DNA of 64,000 nt, from the NCBI GenBank assembly GCA_025462755.1, contig JAOAPF010000265.1, positions 20,162-84,161 of the forward strand, read 5' to 3'. The translations under genes and the position numbers were made by a program. Shown here piece after piece: positions 1 through 9,903 of the stretch. Source of the DNA: Edaphobacter sp. (GTDB lineage Bacteria > Acidobacteriota > Terriglobia > Terriglobales > Acidobacteriaceae). The notes under the pieces were generated by a model. It saw only the letters and a program-made list of their open reading frames with translations, searched no databases and was not told the origin of the DNA. Each line of letters begins with the position of its first letter. Positions within the stretch are counted from its first letter, which is position 1.

Positions 1-1644
1 GCTTGAACTCCAGTTTCTACCGTAGGGAGCGCCGAGCTGGATCTCCGGCATGCGATTGAGGAAGTTATTGGCAGCCGGGAAGAAGGTTGTACCGGTCCAG
101 CCTGACGGCTGCGCGAAAACACCTACGGGAGTGAGATGGATTGTATTGCCGCTGTAAAGGAAGGCAGTTTCATTGAGTAAGGTGGGTGAAAGTGTCTGGG
201 TGAGTTTGATGGTCGCGGACCAGGAGGGATTGAGCATGGCCGTACCGACCGTCGGAAAATTGTTGGCGATGCCCCACAACGGCGGGTAGTATGTCTGATT
301 CACCGAGTCATGGAGATAGTGGCCCATCAACTGCAGCTTGGTATTGATGGCGTGGTCGATGCGCACTACGTCTTCGCGGACATTGGTGGGTTGTGGGATG
401 GACGAGATGTACTGGGTTGTACCAAAGTTCGGATGAGGGAAGGTGCCCGCGTTCACTTCGAGGACCGCGTTCGGATCGATCAGTTGTTTCGGAATAATGT
501 TGTTGGGAAAGGGCTGGTTCGGAGTCAAACCGCGCAGGGCATAGATTGCCAGCTTGGCTGGGTCAGTGGTGACCGGAACGATTGGGGCCGTTCCGTTGGA
601 TGGGACGGTGTATACCAGATCTTGTCCAGCCACTGGGAAATTACTGGCGGCGATAGTTGTGCCCGTCGTAGGCGTAGATCCCTGAACAAGTTTTCGCCAC
701 TCTTCATTCACAAAGAAGAACGTTCTGGTGCGCGAGTCGTTGTATACATGAGGGATCCACAGTGGGCCGCCGATGTTACCGCCGAAGTTATTCAGGCGAA
801 ACTTTGACCGCCGTTGGCCCGCGAGGTTGCTGAAATAATTGTTGGCGTTATACGCTTCGTTCCTGTTGAACTCCCACACTCCGCCGTGAAAGTTATGAGT
901 GCCGGATTTCAGAACCATCAGAATGGTTCCGCCCGAGCCGATGCCGTAATCGGGTCCGTAGTTGCTGCTGAGAACCTGGAATTGCGCCAACGCATCCACA
1001 GAGGGCAATGAGCTGAAGCATCCGCCGCAGCCGCGATCGTTCAGTTCGCCTCCATCCAAAAGATAAATGTTGTGGGTTGATCGGGTTCCGCTGAAGCTGA
1101 GACCATTAGCGGCGGTTAGAGCATTCACGCCGCCGAAAGACGGCAAGGTGTTGGACACTCCCATTCCCAAAGCCGCAAGCGACACCACGTTGCGTCCGTT
1201 CGTCGCCAACTGGGTCACCTGGTCACCAGTGATCAGGTTGCTCACCTCGTTGGTTTCCGCCTGGAGCGTCAAAGCATCAGCCTCGACAGTGACCGTTTGT
1301 GTTTCGCTCCCGACCGTAAGGGAGATGTTTTCCTGCAGGGTCTGAGCGGTGTTCACCACGATGTCTGTCTTCGTGTATTTTTGAAATCCCTTTGCTGCAG
1401 CGTTCAGCGTAAAGTGGCCGACACCTACGTTAGCGAAAGAATAGAGCCCTGAAGTGTTCGAGGTTGCCTGCCTTACCTGACTCGTCGCAGTGTTGGTCAG
1501 GGTAATTTCTGCGTTCGGAACCACTGCGTTGGAAGCATCGACCACAGTTCCAACGATGGTTGCGTTTTCCTGAGCCCACGCACATGGAACGAGTAACAGA
1601 ACCATGCTGAACATCACTGTCAATGCAAACCGAGAACGATGCAT
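1..1644 (-). CDS. TonB-dependent receptor with N-terminal carboxypeptidase-regulatory-like domain (5' part; runs off window start)
   Basis: Not in ORF track (no stop inside window). Hand translation from ATG at 1644 (AGGAGG RBS upstream): MHRSRFALTVMFSMVLLLVPCAWAQENATIVGTVVDASNAVVPNAEITLTNTAT...GLYSFANVGVGHFTLNAAAKGFQKY. Signal peptide and architecture match the 12887-16186 receptor. Confidence 0.9.
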   Translation of the reverse strand, partial: MHRSRFALTVMFSMVLLLVPCAWAQENATIVGTVVDASNAVVPNAEITLTNTATSQVRQATSNTSGLYSFANVGVGHFTLNAAAKGFQKYTKTDIVVNTAQTLQENISLTVGSETQTVTVEADALTLQAETNEVSNLITGDQVTQLATNGRNVVSLAALGMGVSNTLPSFGGVNALTAANGLSFSGTRSTHNIYLLDGGELNDRGCGGCFSSLPSVDALAQFQVLSSNYGPDYGIGSGGTILMVLKSGTHNFHGGVWEFNRNEAYNANNYFSNLAGQRRSKFRLNNFGGNIGGPLWIPHVYNDSRTRTFFFVNEEWRKLVQGSTPTTGTTIAASNFPVAGQDLVYTVPSNGTAPIVPVTTDPAKLAIYALRGLTPNQPFPNNIIPKQLIDPNAVLEVNAGTFPHPNFGTTQYISSIPQPTNVREDVVRIDHAINTKLQLMGHYLHDSVNQTYYPPLWGIANNFPTVGTAMLNPSWSATIKLTQTLSPTLLNETAFLYSGNTIHLTPVGVFAQPSGWTGTTFFPAANNFLNRMPEIQLGAPYGRNWSSS

Positions 1645-1743
1645 AATGCAGCCTCCTAAATTGACTAACGCGTAGTACTTCTTTGTGTTTCAAGGCTTTG
1701 TGCAGGCGGAATTTGTTTTCACTTGGAGTATGAGGGATCTCCT

Positions 1744-1753
1744 GTAAACGTTT
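1744..1753. promoter_or_regulatory. Candidate LacI-family-type operator GTAAACGTTT
   Basis: Palindromic core AAACGTTT. Identical 10-mer at 16209-16218 upstream of the second TonB receptor; GTAAGCGTTT at 29612-29621 upstream of GH51. Confidence 0.4.
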
Positions 1754-2092
1754 TCTCGAGGCACCTAGATCAAAGGAAATGTAAGCAACTTCTTAAGTGA
1801 ACTATTGCAATTTTCCCGTCGAGCTTCTCTTGCCGATCGACTTCTAAAGGCGGAAAGGGAGATCGCCCTCTCAGTTAAAATAATTTCCCACTTCTTGATC
1901 GCCCCGAAGCCTACTAAACCAAGCTGGGCTTGTCAAGCATTTCCCCATACAAACGTGCTTTTTATTTTCCACCCCAAATTAATCTCCTGCAACGGGAGAG
2001 AAAAAAGGCAGGGCAGAGGAATCCGCGCCGCATTTTCGCCGTATTTGAGCAGATTGTACCTGTCCCCGCGTGTATACCGGGACGGCAAATAT

Positions 2093-2142
2093 ATACGACG
2101 TTCCAGCTTGGTTACAGATACGACGGTCCAGCTTCGTTACAG
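2093..2142. repeat. 25-bp tandem direct repeat, 2 copies
   Basis: ATACGACGTTCCAGCTTGGTTACAG / ATACGACGGTCCAGCTTCGTTACAG (23/25 identical), followed by ATA. Confidence 0.85.
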
Positions 2143-2245
2143 ATAAGACCATCAGTTGGAGACGGGCTTTTTGCGAAAACGAGTTCCAAAAGGAAACGAG
2201 ATGTTGGGGAAGACTGCCCGCTCAGCTAACTGCTAGCAGAGTAGA

Positions 2246-2280
2246 AAGCGATGCCTTCTTCTCTTGAAAAGGCATCGCTT
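2246..2280. terminator. Perfect 12-bp inverted repeat hairpin (possible terminator/attenuator)
   Basis: AAGCGATGCCTT-11 nt-AAGGCATCGCTT in an intergenic region. Confidence 0.45.
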
Positions 2281-2431
2281 CGTGGATGCACTCCGAACGG
2301 CAATAAATGCCGCGTTGCGTTATAACCCCGGAATAATCGGTGCGCACTTAACGCGGGCTCTCCAAATGACCGTTTACCGGAAAGGTATCCTTTCGTAGGA
2401 TGTAGGTATGCGACTGACAAGGGGCCCATTT

Positions 2432-2992
2432 ATGCTCCGTAAACCGATGCGCGCCATCCTTCTTCTTGCCATTGCCGCACCTGCCTTGTGTGCAGCCTCT
2501 CAAGCCGGTTACGACGGCAAGAATGAGACTGGAACGAAGGTGCTGACCGCTCCAGAGGCTGCGAAACTTCTTCCCGCCACAGTCTTCTTCCGCGGTCAGA
2601 GCGCGCCGATTCAGGCGAGAAACTCTGGTGGAGTTCAATTCGCAAAAGATGCTTTCCTTCTTGCCAGCCTGGTGGACACTGCCGGTTACTCAAGCTCTGT
2701 GCAGGAAAAGTATCAGGCATATCTCATCACCGAAGTCGCAATCGACATTGCGGGTCATCGATTAGAACCGGGCGCATACGGGTGCGGTTTTCTCGCGGGC
2801 AAGGACTTCGTGGTTATGGACATTGGCGGCCACGACCTGTTTTTGGTCCGCTCTTCCAAAGACGCCAATCTGCGACGTCCTACTCCTCTGCAAGTGCTGC
2901 CGTCGCCCGGAGGTGGCGGATATCGGCTCTACGTTGGCCGTGACTTTGTTAATTTTGCGCAGTCTACCCCTGCAGCAGCAGCGCATCCATAA
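2432..2992 (+). CDS. Secreted hypothetical protein (paralog of 22353-22862)
   Basis: ORF 2408-2992; likely start ATG 2432 after AAGGGG. Signal-peptide-like N-terminus; TAGYS..KY..YL..L.PG.Y..G motif shared with the 22353 protein. Confidence 0.8.
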   Translation: MLRKPMRAILLLAIAAPALCAASQAGYDGKNETGTKVLTAPEAAKLLPATVFFRGQSAPIQARNSGGVQFAKDAFLLASLVDTAGYSSSVQEKYQAYLITEVAIDIAGHRLEPGAYGCGFLAGKDFVVMDIGGHDLFLVRSSKDANLRRPTPLQVLPSPGGGGYRLYVGRDFVNFAQSTPAAAAHP

Positions 2993-3094
2993 TTACAATC
3001 GGGATTCTGCAGCGCCTTAGTGCTACTGGTAATCTCGAGAGCGCGGCTTCAATAGAGCTCCGAGCTGAAGCGGAGCACCTATTGGCAATTGGGC

Positions 3095-4441
3095 TTATGC
3101 ACTATGGATATTTTTGCTTATAAATTCGTTCCGAAACTTTCCGTTTGGATCATATTGCGCGAGCATTGCCTGATAGTCGGACATCTTTGCATAACGTGAC
3201 CTTAGATCGGCAGCCGGCATCGTGAAGAGTTTCGCCCAATGCGGTCTGGCACCGAACGGCGCGAGCTTTTCTTCGATCAACGGGAGGATCTTTTTGACGG
3301 CCGGCCACTCCGGCCTCCATGTGAAATGCAGCGCCATCGACGCCCGCTGGTAGCAAGGACTGATCCAAAGATCATCTGCCGCGATAGTGCGAAACTCCGA
3401 AATGAAAAGGTGAGGCGTGATCTGGTCGCGAAGTTGTTCAACAGCATGTATCGCCGCATAGCCTTTTTCGCGAGGCACAAAGTACTCCGACTGGAGTTCC
3501 GCTCCGCTGCTCGGTGTAAAGTTCATGCGAAAGTGTGGAAGCCGTTCGTACCACGGTCCAGGAATGCCCATCTGTTCGGTACAATTCTCCGCTGAGTGAC
3601 CGGCAAGAGGGTGGACATTCCGGGTTGCTGACGTCGCTCCGTAAAACTCGGCCTTTGGATCCGCGTGAGAGCCCTGATCGACGCGGCGTTTGATCCAGAC
3701 CTGGGTTGCGCGATGATTCTGCCAGTCAGTAAAGAGGCTGACGCTATAACCGCTCGCAAAAATATCGTCGAGGTGATGTTCAAGTTGAGAGAAGGAGAGA
3801 TTTTCATAGACCACTTGGGTCATCTGGAAGGTTGGCTGCACTTCGAGCGTGATCTTTGTGATCACACCCAGAGCTCCAAGTCCGACTACGGTACCTGGAA
3901 ATTTGTCGCCCAATTGTTCACGGGAGAAGATAAGGACATCTCCGTTCGCGGTTACGATCTCCATTGCACGGACGGCGGTTGAAAGATTGCCATTCGTGCT
4001 GCCAGAGCCGTGCGTGGCCGTAGCGCAAGCCCCGACTACGGAGATATGCGGCAGCGAGGCAAGGTTATGAACGGCGAATCCGCGGCTGTCGATGTATGGC
4101 GCCAGCTGGCCGTAGGTGACACCAGCCCCGACGGTCACGGTTTTGACTTTGGGATTGAGTTCGATCTGGTCGAAACGCTTCAGAGAGATTTGTTCAACAG
4201 TGCTGTCGGCAATGCCATTGAAAGAGTGACGCGCCCCGAGAGCCTTGAGGTGAGAGCGCTCACGGACGTTGTGCCTGACGTCTTCGACAGTATTTGCGAG
4301 GTTGAGGTTCTTAGCACTGTACGTGTAATTTCCAGCCCAATTTGTCCGGCTGGCAATGGTTGTTTGCGCGGTAGTTATCTTTGAAAACAGACTACTAGCA
4401 AGAACAGCGCCCGAGGTCTTCAAGAATTCTCGTTTATCCAT
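3095..4441 (-). CDS. FAD-linked alditol/xylitol oxidase-like oxidoreductase (VAO/ALO family) with Tat-like leader
   Basis: NWAGN, GARHSFN (covalent-FAD His motif), NLASLPHISVVGACATATHGSG, ARPHWAK, DPNGKFRN. Leader MDKREFLKT from ATG 4441. Confidence 0.88.
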   Translation of the reverse strand: MDKREFLKTSGAVLASSLFSKITTAQTTIASRTNWAGNYTYSAKNLNLANTVEDVRHNVRERSHLKALGARHSFNGIADSTVEQISLKRFDQIELNPKVKTVTVGAGVTYGQLAPYIDSRGFAVHNLASLPHISVVGACATATHGSGSTNGNLSTAVRAMEIVTANGDVLIFSREQLGDKFPGTVVGLGALGVITKITLEVQPTFQMTQVVYENLSFSQLEHHLDDIFASGYSVSLFTDWQNHRATQVWIKRRVDQGSHADPKAEFYGATSATRNVHPLAGHSAENCTEQMGIPGPWYERLPHFRMNFTPSSGAELQSEYFVPREKGYAAIHAVEQLRDQITPHLFISEFRTIAADDLWISPCYQRASMALHFTWRPEWPAVKKILPLIEEKLAPFGARPHWAKLFTMPAADLRSRYAKMSDYQAMLAQYDPNGKFRNEFISKNIHSA

Positions 4442-4568
4442 GTGTGAAAGTCTCCATTGTCCTCCCGAGAGTTCCCGGCAAGTCATACAGGCAATTTCAA
4501 TAGATAGTAATGCAAGCGACCGGATTTCGGAGGCGCGATAATTTCATCCGAAATACTAAAGCCGGCTT

Positions 4569-6705
4569 TCAATTAGTAATTTCCAAGTCTGTCCTAAGCC
4601 GGATATCGTCCGATGACGATCCGACCATTACGTTGAACATTCCGGGAACAACAATAAATTTGTGGGTGACTACATCGTAGTAGGAGAGTTGGGATGCAGG
4701 CAGGGCTATCGTGACGTGCTTTGTTTCGCCAGGGTCCAGCGTCACACGCTGAAACCCGCGGAGGCTCTTGATTGGCTGCACCACGTTCGACTTCACTTGA
4801 TGAACGTACATCTGCGCCACCTCCGATCCGCCCCGCGACCCAGAATTCTGGAGATCAAACGAGACGTCAACCTCTCCAGCCGTGCTGATCTTGTTCTGAG
4901 AGAGCTTTATATTGCTGTACTTGAATTGGGTGTAGCTCAGACCGTGGCCAAAGGCGTAGAGAGGTATGCCTTTGAAATAAAGATAAGTAAAACCCTTCGT
5001 TACGTCGTATTCGTTCTGCGGCGGTACGCCGTCAAGACTGGCGTAGACCGTGTAGGGCAAATGGCCGCCCGGGTTGTAGTTGCCCAGCAGGACTTGCGCA
5101 ATTGCCGTGCCGCCATCTTCGCCCGGATACCACGCATCAACAATAGCAGGGAGATGGTCATTCGCCCATGTAACAGCCAATGGGCCTGCATTTATCAACA
5201 CTAAGACTGTCTTTGGGTTGGCGGCGTAGACCGCCTCCATCAACTGCTGTTGAGCGCCGGGAAGATTCAAATCTCTGCGGTCCCTACCCTCGGCTTCCAC
5301 CTTGAGGTTCGTCCCGAGAAACAGAATAGCGACGTCTGATTTTCGCGCCAACTCCGCCGCACGGGAGATCAGCGCCGCGTCGGCTGCCTCAACGAACCCA
5401 GTTCCCTGCTGGTACTCCACCTTTACTTTGGAGCCTAGTGCTTCCTTCAACCCTTGAAATGGACCAACCTTACGGGCTGGTGTGCCATAGTAATTGCCGG
5501 TCTCGAAGGCGGCATCGCCGGCCGGGCCGATGACTGCAATACTCTTTAGAGTTTCTTTTTTGAGGGGCAGGAAGTTATTTCTATTCGAGAGCAACGTCAT
5601 TGACTCCAGCGCAGTCTGTAGCGACAGCTTCAAATGCTCCGGTGAGCGAATGACTTCGGCTGAGATCCTCGAATAGGGGTTCATCTCGGGCGGGTCGAAC
5701 GCACCCAGACGGAAGCCGACTCCCAGGACTCGTCCCAGAGCGCGATCCACTTCAGTGGTTTGTAGAAGACCGCGCTTTACCGCGAGAGGGATATTTGTCT
5801 CATATTGCACGTCGTCGGAGTCGCATCCTGCTTTGATAGCCTCCGCCGTCGCGACTACTGGGTCTTCGATTATGTGGTGTGCTGCCACGAGCAGATTGAC
5901 TCCACCCAGATCGTCGGTTACAAAGCCGTCGAACTTCCATTGCCCACGAAGAATATCTGTCAAGAGATACTTGTTGATTGCATCAGGGGCGTCGTTGATT
6001 GCGTTATAAGAGGCCATCACCGATTGGGCATGGCCTTCCATAATCGCTGCCTTCCAATGGGGTAGCCAATACTCCATCAGGTTACGTTCGTCTACTTCGG
6101 CGGAGAGTCTCTGGCGGTTTGTCTCAACGTTATTTACTGCGAAGTGTTTAACTGTCGCCGCCACCTTTAGGTAATGCGGATTGTCGCCCTGCAATCCTTG
6201 AATATATCCAACACCCATACGTCCCGTCAGAAAAGGATCTTCGCTGAATACCTCCTGAATTCGTCCCCAGCGAGGATCGCGGCTTATGTTGATTACCGGC
6301 GAGCGAAAGACGAGGCCGTGTTTCGAACGAGGGCCATCCGCGCCAATGTTATATAAGGCGCGGGCTTCATCCGACATCGCGCCAGTGATGGTTTGAACCA
6401 ACGCCGTATCCCACGTCGCGCCCATCGCAATCGGCGCTGGAAAGAGCGTTGTCGGCTGCTTCGACCAGACGCCGTGCAAGGTCTGGTTCCATCCACCCCA
6501 AGCCGGCACTTTGAGACGGGGAATACCAACATTTAGATGATTCAGCTGCTGCGCCTTCTCTTCGAGAGTCATTCGCCCGATCAAATTGGCTACGCGCTGC
6601 TCAGTTGGCGTTGATGGATCCAGATACAATGGCCGCGAAAACGTCCTCTGCAGATACTCGACAGAGACAAAGCACGAGACTAGAGAAAATGACAACGCAC
6701 TTCAT
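4569..6705 (-). pseudogene. GH3 beta-glucosidase/xylosidase with Fn3-like C-terminus; apparent +1 frameshift just after the signal peptide
   Basis: RDPRWGRIQE, KHFAVN, VMASYN, GFVTDD, EAEGRDR, AFGHGLSYT motifs in ORF 4569-6695. ATG 6705 with GGAGA RBS encodes signal peptide MKCVVIFSSLVLCLCRVSA-EDV in another frame; removing one base of the A4 run at 6638-6641 joins the frames. Could be a sequencing error. Confidence 0.75.
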
Positions 6706-6745
6706 AATCGATCTCCACTGCGCTTTTGGTGAATCGGTCTAGTTC

Positions 6746-6790
6746 TTTCAGAGCATTGAGGTTTGTCTTCTTTTCAGAGCGTTGAGGTTT
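6746..6790. repeat. 19-bp direct repeat, period 26 bp
   Basis: TTTCAGAGCATTGAGGTTT (6746-6764) and TTTCAGAGCGTTGAGGTTT (6772-6790). Confidence 0.8.
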
Positions 6791-6795
6791 ATCGC

Positions 6796-7665
6796 CTACT
6801 TGTTGCGGATCGGTTCGATCACTGATGCCATGTCTTTGTCGCCGAGTCCTTGCTCGATAGCTGTCTCAAAGAGACTTCGAGCCGCTTCAGCCGTCTTCAG
6901 ATCGACGTTGCATTGCGATGCCTCATTCTGTGCGTAGAGCAGGTCTTTTGTCATCAACTTGAGCAGAAAGTTCACGGTGTAAGTTTGACTGACCATCCGG
7001 GCCGAGATCGCGGCGAGAAGCGGGCTGCCAGGAGCTCCCGCCTTCAAGATGGTCAGCGCTTTATCGCGATCCAACCCGCTGCGCTCGATCCACGCGAGGC
7101 CTTCTGCCAGCGAGGCGACCTGCACTCCACATAAAAAGTTATTGATCAACTTCATCTTCGCCCCGCTTCCCACAGGGCCTAGGTGAACGATCTCCTTACT
7201 CATAACCTTCAAAACCGGCGTGGCCGCCGCCAGCGCGGTATCTTTACCACCTACCAGGAATGAGAGTTGGCCGGCTTCGGCCTGCATACGACTGCCCGTC
7301 ACGGGAGCGTCCAGTAAGTCCGCTCCATGCTTCTCTGCAAGCCTCGAGAATTCAGCAACCCATCCCGGGCTAACGGTACTGGATTCGATGAGAATCGCAC
7401 CTTTCACGGTAGCGGCTAGAGCTCCATCTTTACCTAGCCAGACGTCGCGTGACGCGGCGTCATCCGCCAGCATGCTGATGATCACGGCTGCGTCTCTGAC
7501 GGCTTCGGCTGGAGTCAAAGCGAACCGCGCGCCTGCAGTGGTCAGTGGCTCGGCTTTCGCGGCCGTTCGGTTATACACGGTCAGCGAAAAACCGGCCTTC
7601 AGCAGATTGGCTGCCATTCCGGAACCCATCGTTCCAAGCCCAAGTATCGCTACACTTTCAGCCAT
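6796..7665 (-). CDS. NAD(P)-dependent beta-hydroxyacid dehydrogenase (3-hydroxyisobutyrate dehydrogenase/tartronate semialdehyde reductase family)
   Basis: GLGTMGSGMA Rossmann motif, DAPVTGS, GSGAKMKLINN (catalytic Lys), MTKDL. Confidence 0.9.
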   Translation of the reverse strand: MAESVAILGLGTMGSGMAANLLKAGFSLTVYNRTAAKAEPLTTAGARFALTPAEAVRDAAVIISMLADDAASRDVWLGKDGALAATVKGAILIESSTVSPGWVAEFSRLAEKHGADLLDAPVTGSRMQAEAGQLSFLVGGKDTALAAATPVLKVMSKEIVHLGPVGSGAKMKLINNFLCGVQVASLAEGLAWIERSGLDRDKALTILKAGAPGSPLLAAISARMVSQTYTVNFLLKLMTKDLLYAQNEASQCNVDLKTAEAARSLFETAIEQGLGDKDMASVIEPIRNK

Positions 7666-7689
7666 GGGAATCTCCTCTTCATGTCCTTT

Positions 7690-8706
7690 TCACCCCAGCG
7701 AACGCACTGCAATCTGACGGTTTGCCGTTTTCGCTTCCACTCGAATCGAGTTACGCAGCGCTCGCCCGAATCCGTCATAGCGCACGTCTATCCAGTCGCC
7801 GTCCTCGAGCACGATGCCATCACCGAAACTCAGCGAGTGTGCCCCGAAGAAGTGAACATGTACGTCTCCCGGTTGACGGTGTCCCTCGAACTTAAAATGG
7901 TGATGCTCCAGATTGGCGAGACTATGGCACATGTTTTCCTCTCCCGTCTCCACCTTCTTCGACCAGATGGTTTCCGCTCCACGTTCAATACGAACCTCTC
8001 CGGCAACCGCTTGAAATCCCGCACCAATTACGAGCTCAGGCCCGAGGCTGCAGGCGCGCAGCTTCGAGCCCGCGAGATTGAGATAGTTACGTTTCTCGAA
8101 TTGATGATCGGAGAACTCGTTGCCAATGGCCATTCCAATGCGATACGGTACGCCATCCTCACCGATGAGGTAGATTCCGGCCAGTTCCGCCTCTTCGCCA
8201 CCATCTTCTGCGTAGGTGGGGATCGTCAACGGAGCGAACGGCGCTTGCAACATGGAACCGTTGCCCTTGTAGAACCACTCCGGAGCAACTCCAATTTGAC
8301 CTTCCGCGGGGCGGCCACCTTCAATCCCCCACTGAAACATACGCATACTGTCAGTTACAGTCTCACCTGCCTTCGTGGGATCCGCGAGGTGCATGGACTG
8401 TCGCTCCTTCGCACTGCCCAGATGAGTCAGGCCTGTGCCGGCAATCATCAGACGAGACGGCGCGGCCGGTACGTCGATTGGTGCTAGCAGATGCCACTCA
8501 GAGGCTCCCGAATAGATTGCGTCGTAGTTCAGTACTTCGCCGCTCGCGATCTCAATCGCATGCTCGCTTAGTTGACGGCCCAGTCTCAAACATTGCTGTG
8601 CCAGTTCATAAACGCTTTGCACTCCTCCAAGACATCGGAGATGAGGTTCCTCCACAATCGCCAGGCGGCGCGACGAACCATCGCTGATTTGAACAAGGTG
8701 AATCAT
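7690..8706 (-). CDS. AraD1/GguC-like fumarylacetoacetate-hydrolase-superfamily protein
   Basis: GTGLTHLGSA, PEWFYKGNG, EDGGEEAEL, GNEFSDH, SKLR, GEENMCHSLANLEHHHFK. Confidence 0.82.
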   Translation of the reverse strand: MIHLVQISDGSSRRLAIVEEPHLRCLGGVQSVYELAQQCLRLGRQLSEHAIEIASGEVLNYDAIYSGASEWHLLAPIDVPAAPSRLMIAGTGLTHLGSAKERQSMHLADPTKAGETVTDSMRMFQWGIEGGRPAEGQIGVAPEWFYKGNGSMLQAPFAPLTIPTYAEDGGEEAELAGIYLIGEDGVPYRIGMAIGNEFSDHQFEKRNYLNLAGSKLRACSLGPELVIGAGFQAVAGEVRIERGAETIWSKKVETGEENMCHSLANLEHHHFKFEGHRQPGDVHVHFFGAHSLSFGDGIVLEDGDWIDVRYDGFGRALRNSIRVEAKTANRQIAVRSLG

Positions 8707-8720
8707 TCCTCTCCTTATGT

Positions 8721-9893
8721 TTACTCAATAATCTTGAAGCGTTTCAGCGACTCTTCGTTCACGGTCAGACCGAGGCCATGAGTATGTTCATCGAGGTCGA
8801 TGTATCCATCCTGCGGCACAGGCTCGCCGTCAAAAATGTACCAAAACAGCTCGTTGCCCACTTCTACGTCGACCTTAGGAAAAAACTCAGCCATCGGCGA
8901 GTTCAGGCTAGCCATCACCACATGGTAGTTGTGCATCTGGCCCGCATGCGGCACGACAGGAATCTGATATGCCTCCGCGAGTGCCGAGATCTTGCGAGCC
9001 TGACTAATTCCACCAACGCGGTTCGTATCGAACTGGATATAGTCCAGCGCATTCGCTTCCAGCAGATCGCGAAAACCAAAGATCGTGAACTCATGCTCTC
9101 CGCCCGCTATTGGCACACGGCCGAATGCCTTCAATTCCCTGTACCCTCGCGTATCATCCGGAATAACCGGCTCCTCCAGCCATCTCAAATGGAATGGCTC
9201 GAGCAGCGGCAGCATGCGCTTTGCGTAGTCGAGCGTCCAACCCATGTATGCGTCGGCCATCACGTCAGTGCCGTCGCCCACCACTTCGCGAACCGTTCGC
9301 ACCAGCTCGACATTCCGCTGCATACCCTCCGCGCCATCCACCGGTCCCCAACCGAATCGCAGCTTCATCGCCTTGTACCCTTGGTCTTTGTAACGCTGCG
9401 CTTCAACTCGCAACTCGCCCAGCGGCATGCTGTAAAGACGACTGGCATAGACGGGAATTCGTTTTTTCGTGCGCCCTCCCAATAACCGATACACAGGCTG
9501 TTTAGCGGATTTCCCCAGCAAGTCCCACAAGGCAATATCGACTGCGCTGATCGCCGTCATTGCGATACCTTTGCGCCCGAACGCCATCGTCCGGCGATAC
9601 ATCTGCTGCCACAGATACTCGGTGTCCCATGGATCTGCTCCTAACAGTAACGGCTTCAGGTAGGTGTCGATGCAAGTTTTGGTAACTAGAGGAGACAACG
9701 CGGCATTGCCCAGCCCGATTAGGCCGGCATCTGTAAATATCTCCACCAGCACCCATCCATGAAATGCAAAGTTGCCCATCGATGCTTCCCGGAACATAAC
9801 CAAGTCCATCGGGTTTGTGCAAAAGTGGGGAGGCAACGGTGTGGTCTTCCCTTCCCACTGAACGACACGCGTACGCACTTCTGTGATTTTCAT
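8721..9893 (-). CDS. Mandelate racemase/enolase-superfamily sugar-acid dehydratase (L-rhamnonate dehydratase-like)
   Basis: AISAVDIALWDLLGK, LLGG, KLRFGWG, metal ligands in ADAYM / WLEEP / GGEHE, and PHAG. Confidence 0.85.
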   Translation of the reverse strand: MKITEVRTRVVQWEGKTTPLPPHFCTNPMDLVMFREASMGNFAFHGWVLVEIFTDAGLIGLGNAALSPLVTKTCIDTYLKPLLLGADPWDTEYLWQQMYRRTMAFGRKGIAMTAISAVDIALWDLLGKSAKQPVYRLLGGRTKKRIPVYASRLYSMPLGELRVEAQRYKDQGYKAMKLRFGWGPVDGAEGMQRNVELVRTVREVVGDGTDVMADAYMGWTLDYAKRMLPLLEPFHLRWLEEPVIPDDTRGYRELKAFGRVPIAGGEHEFTIFGFRDLLEANALDYIQFDTNRVGGISQARKISALAEAYQIPVVPHAGQMHNYHVVMASLNSPMAEFFPKVDVEVGNELFWYIFDGEPVPQDGYIDLDEHTHGLGLTVNEESLKRFKIIE

Positions 9894-9903
9894 TATTGGC
9901 TCT

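Noticed and set aside
1430-1693. 87-aa minus-strand ORF in the track
   Set aside because: Out-of-frame shadow of the TonB receptor that starts at ATG 1644 with a strong RBS.
2093-2145. Repeat as a mini-CRISPR array
   Set aside because: Units are directly adjacent with no spacers, and there are no cas genes.
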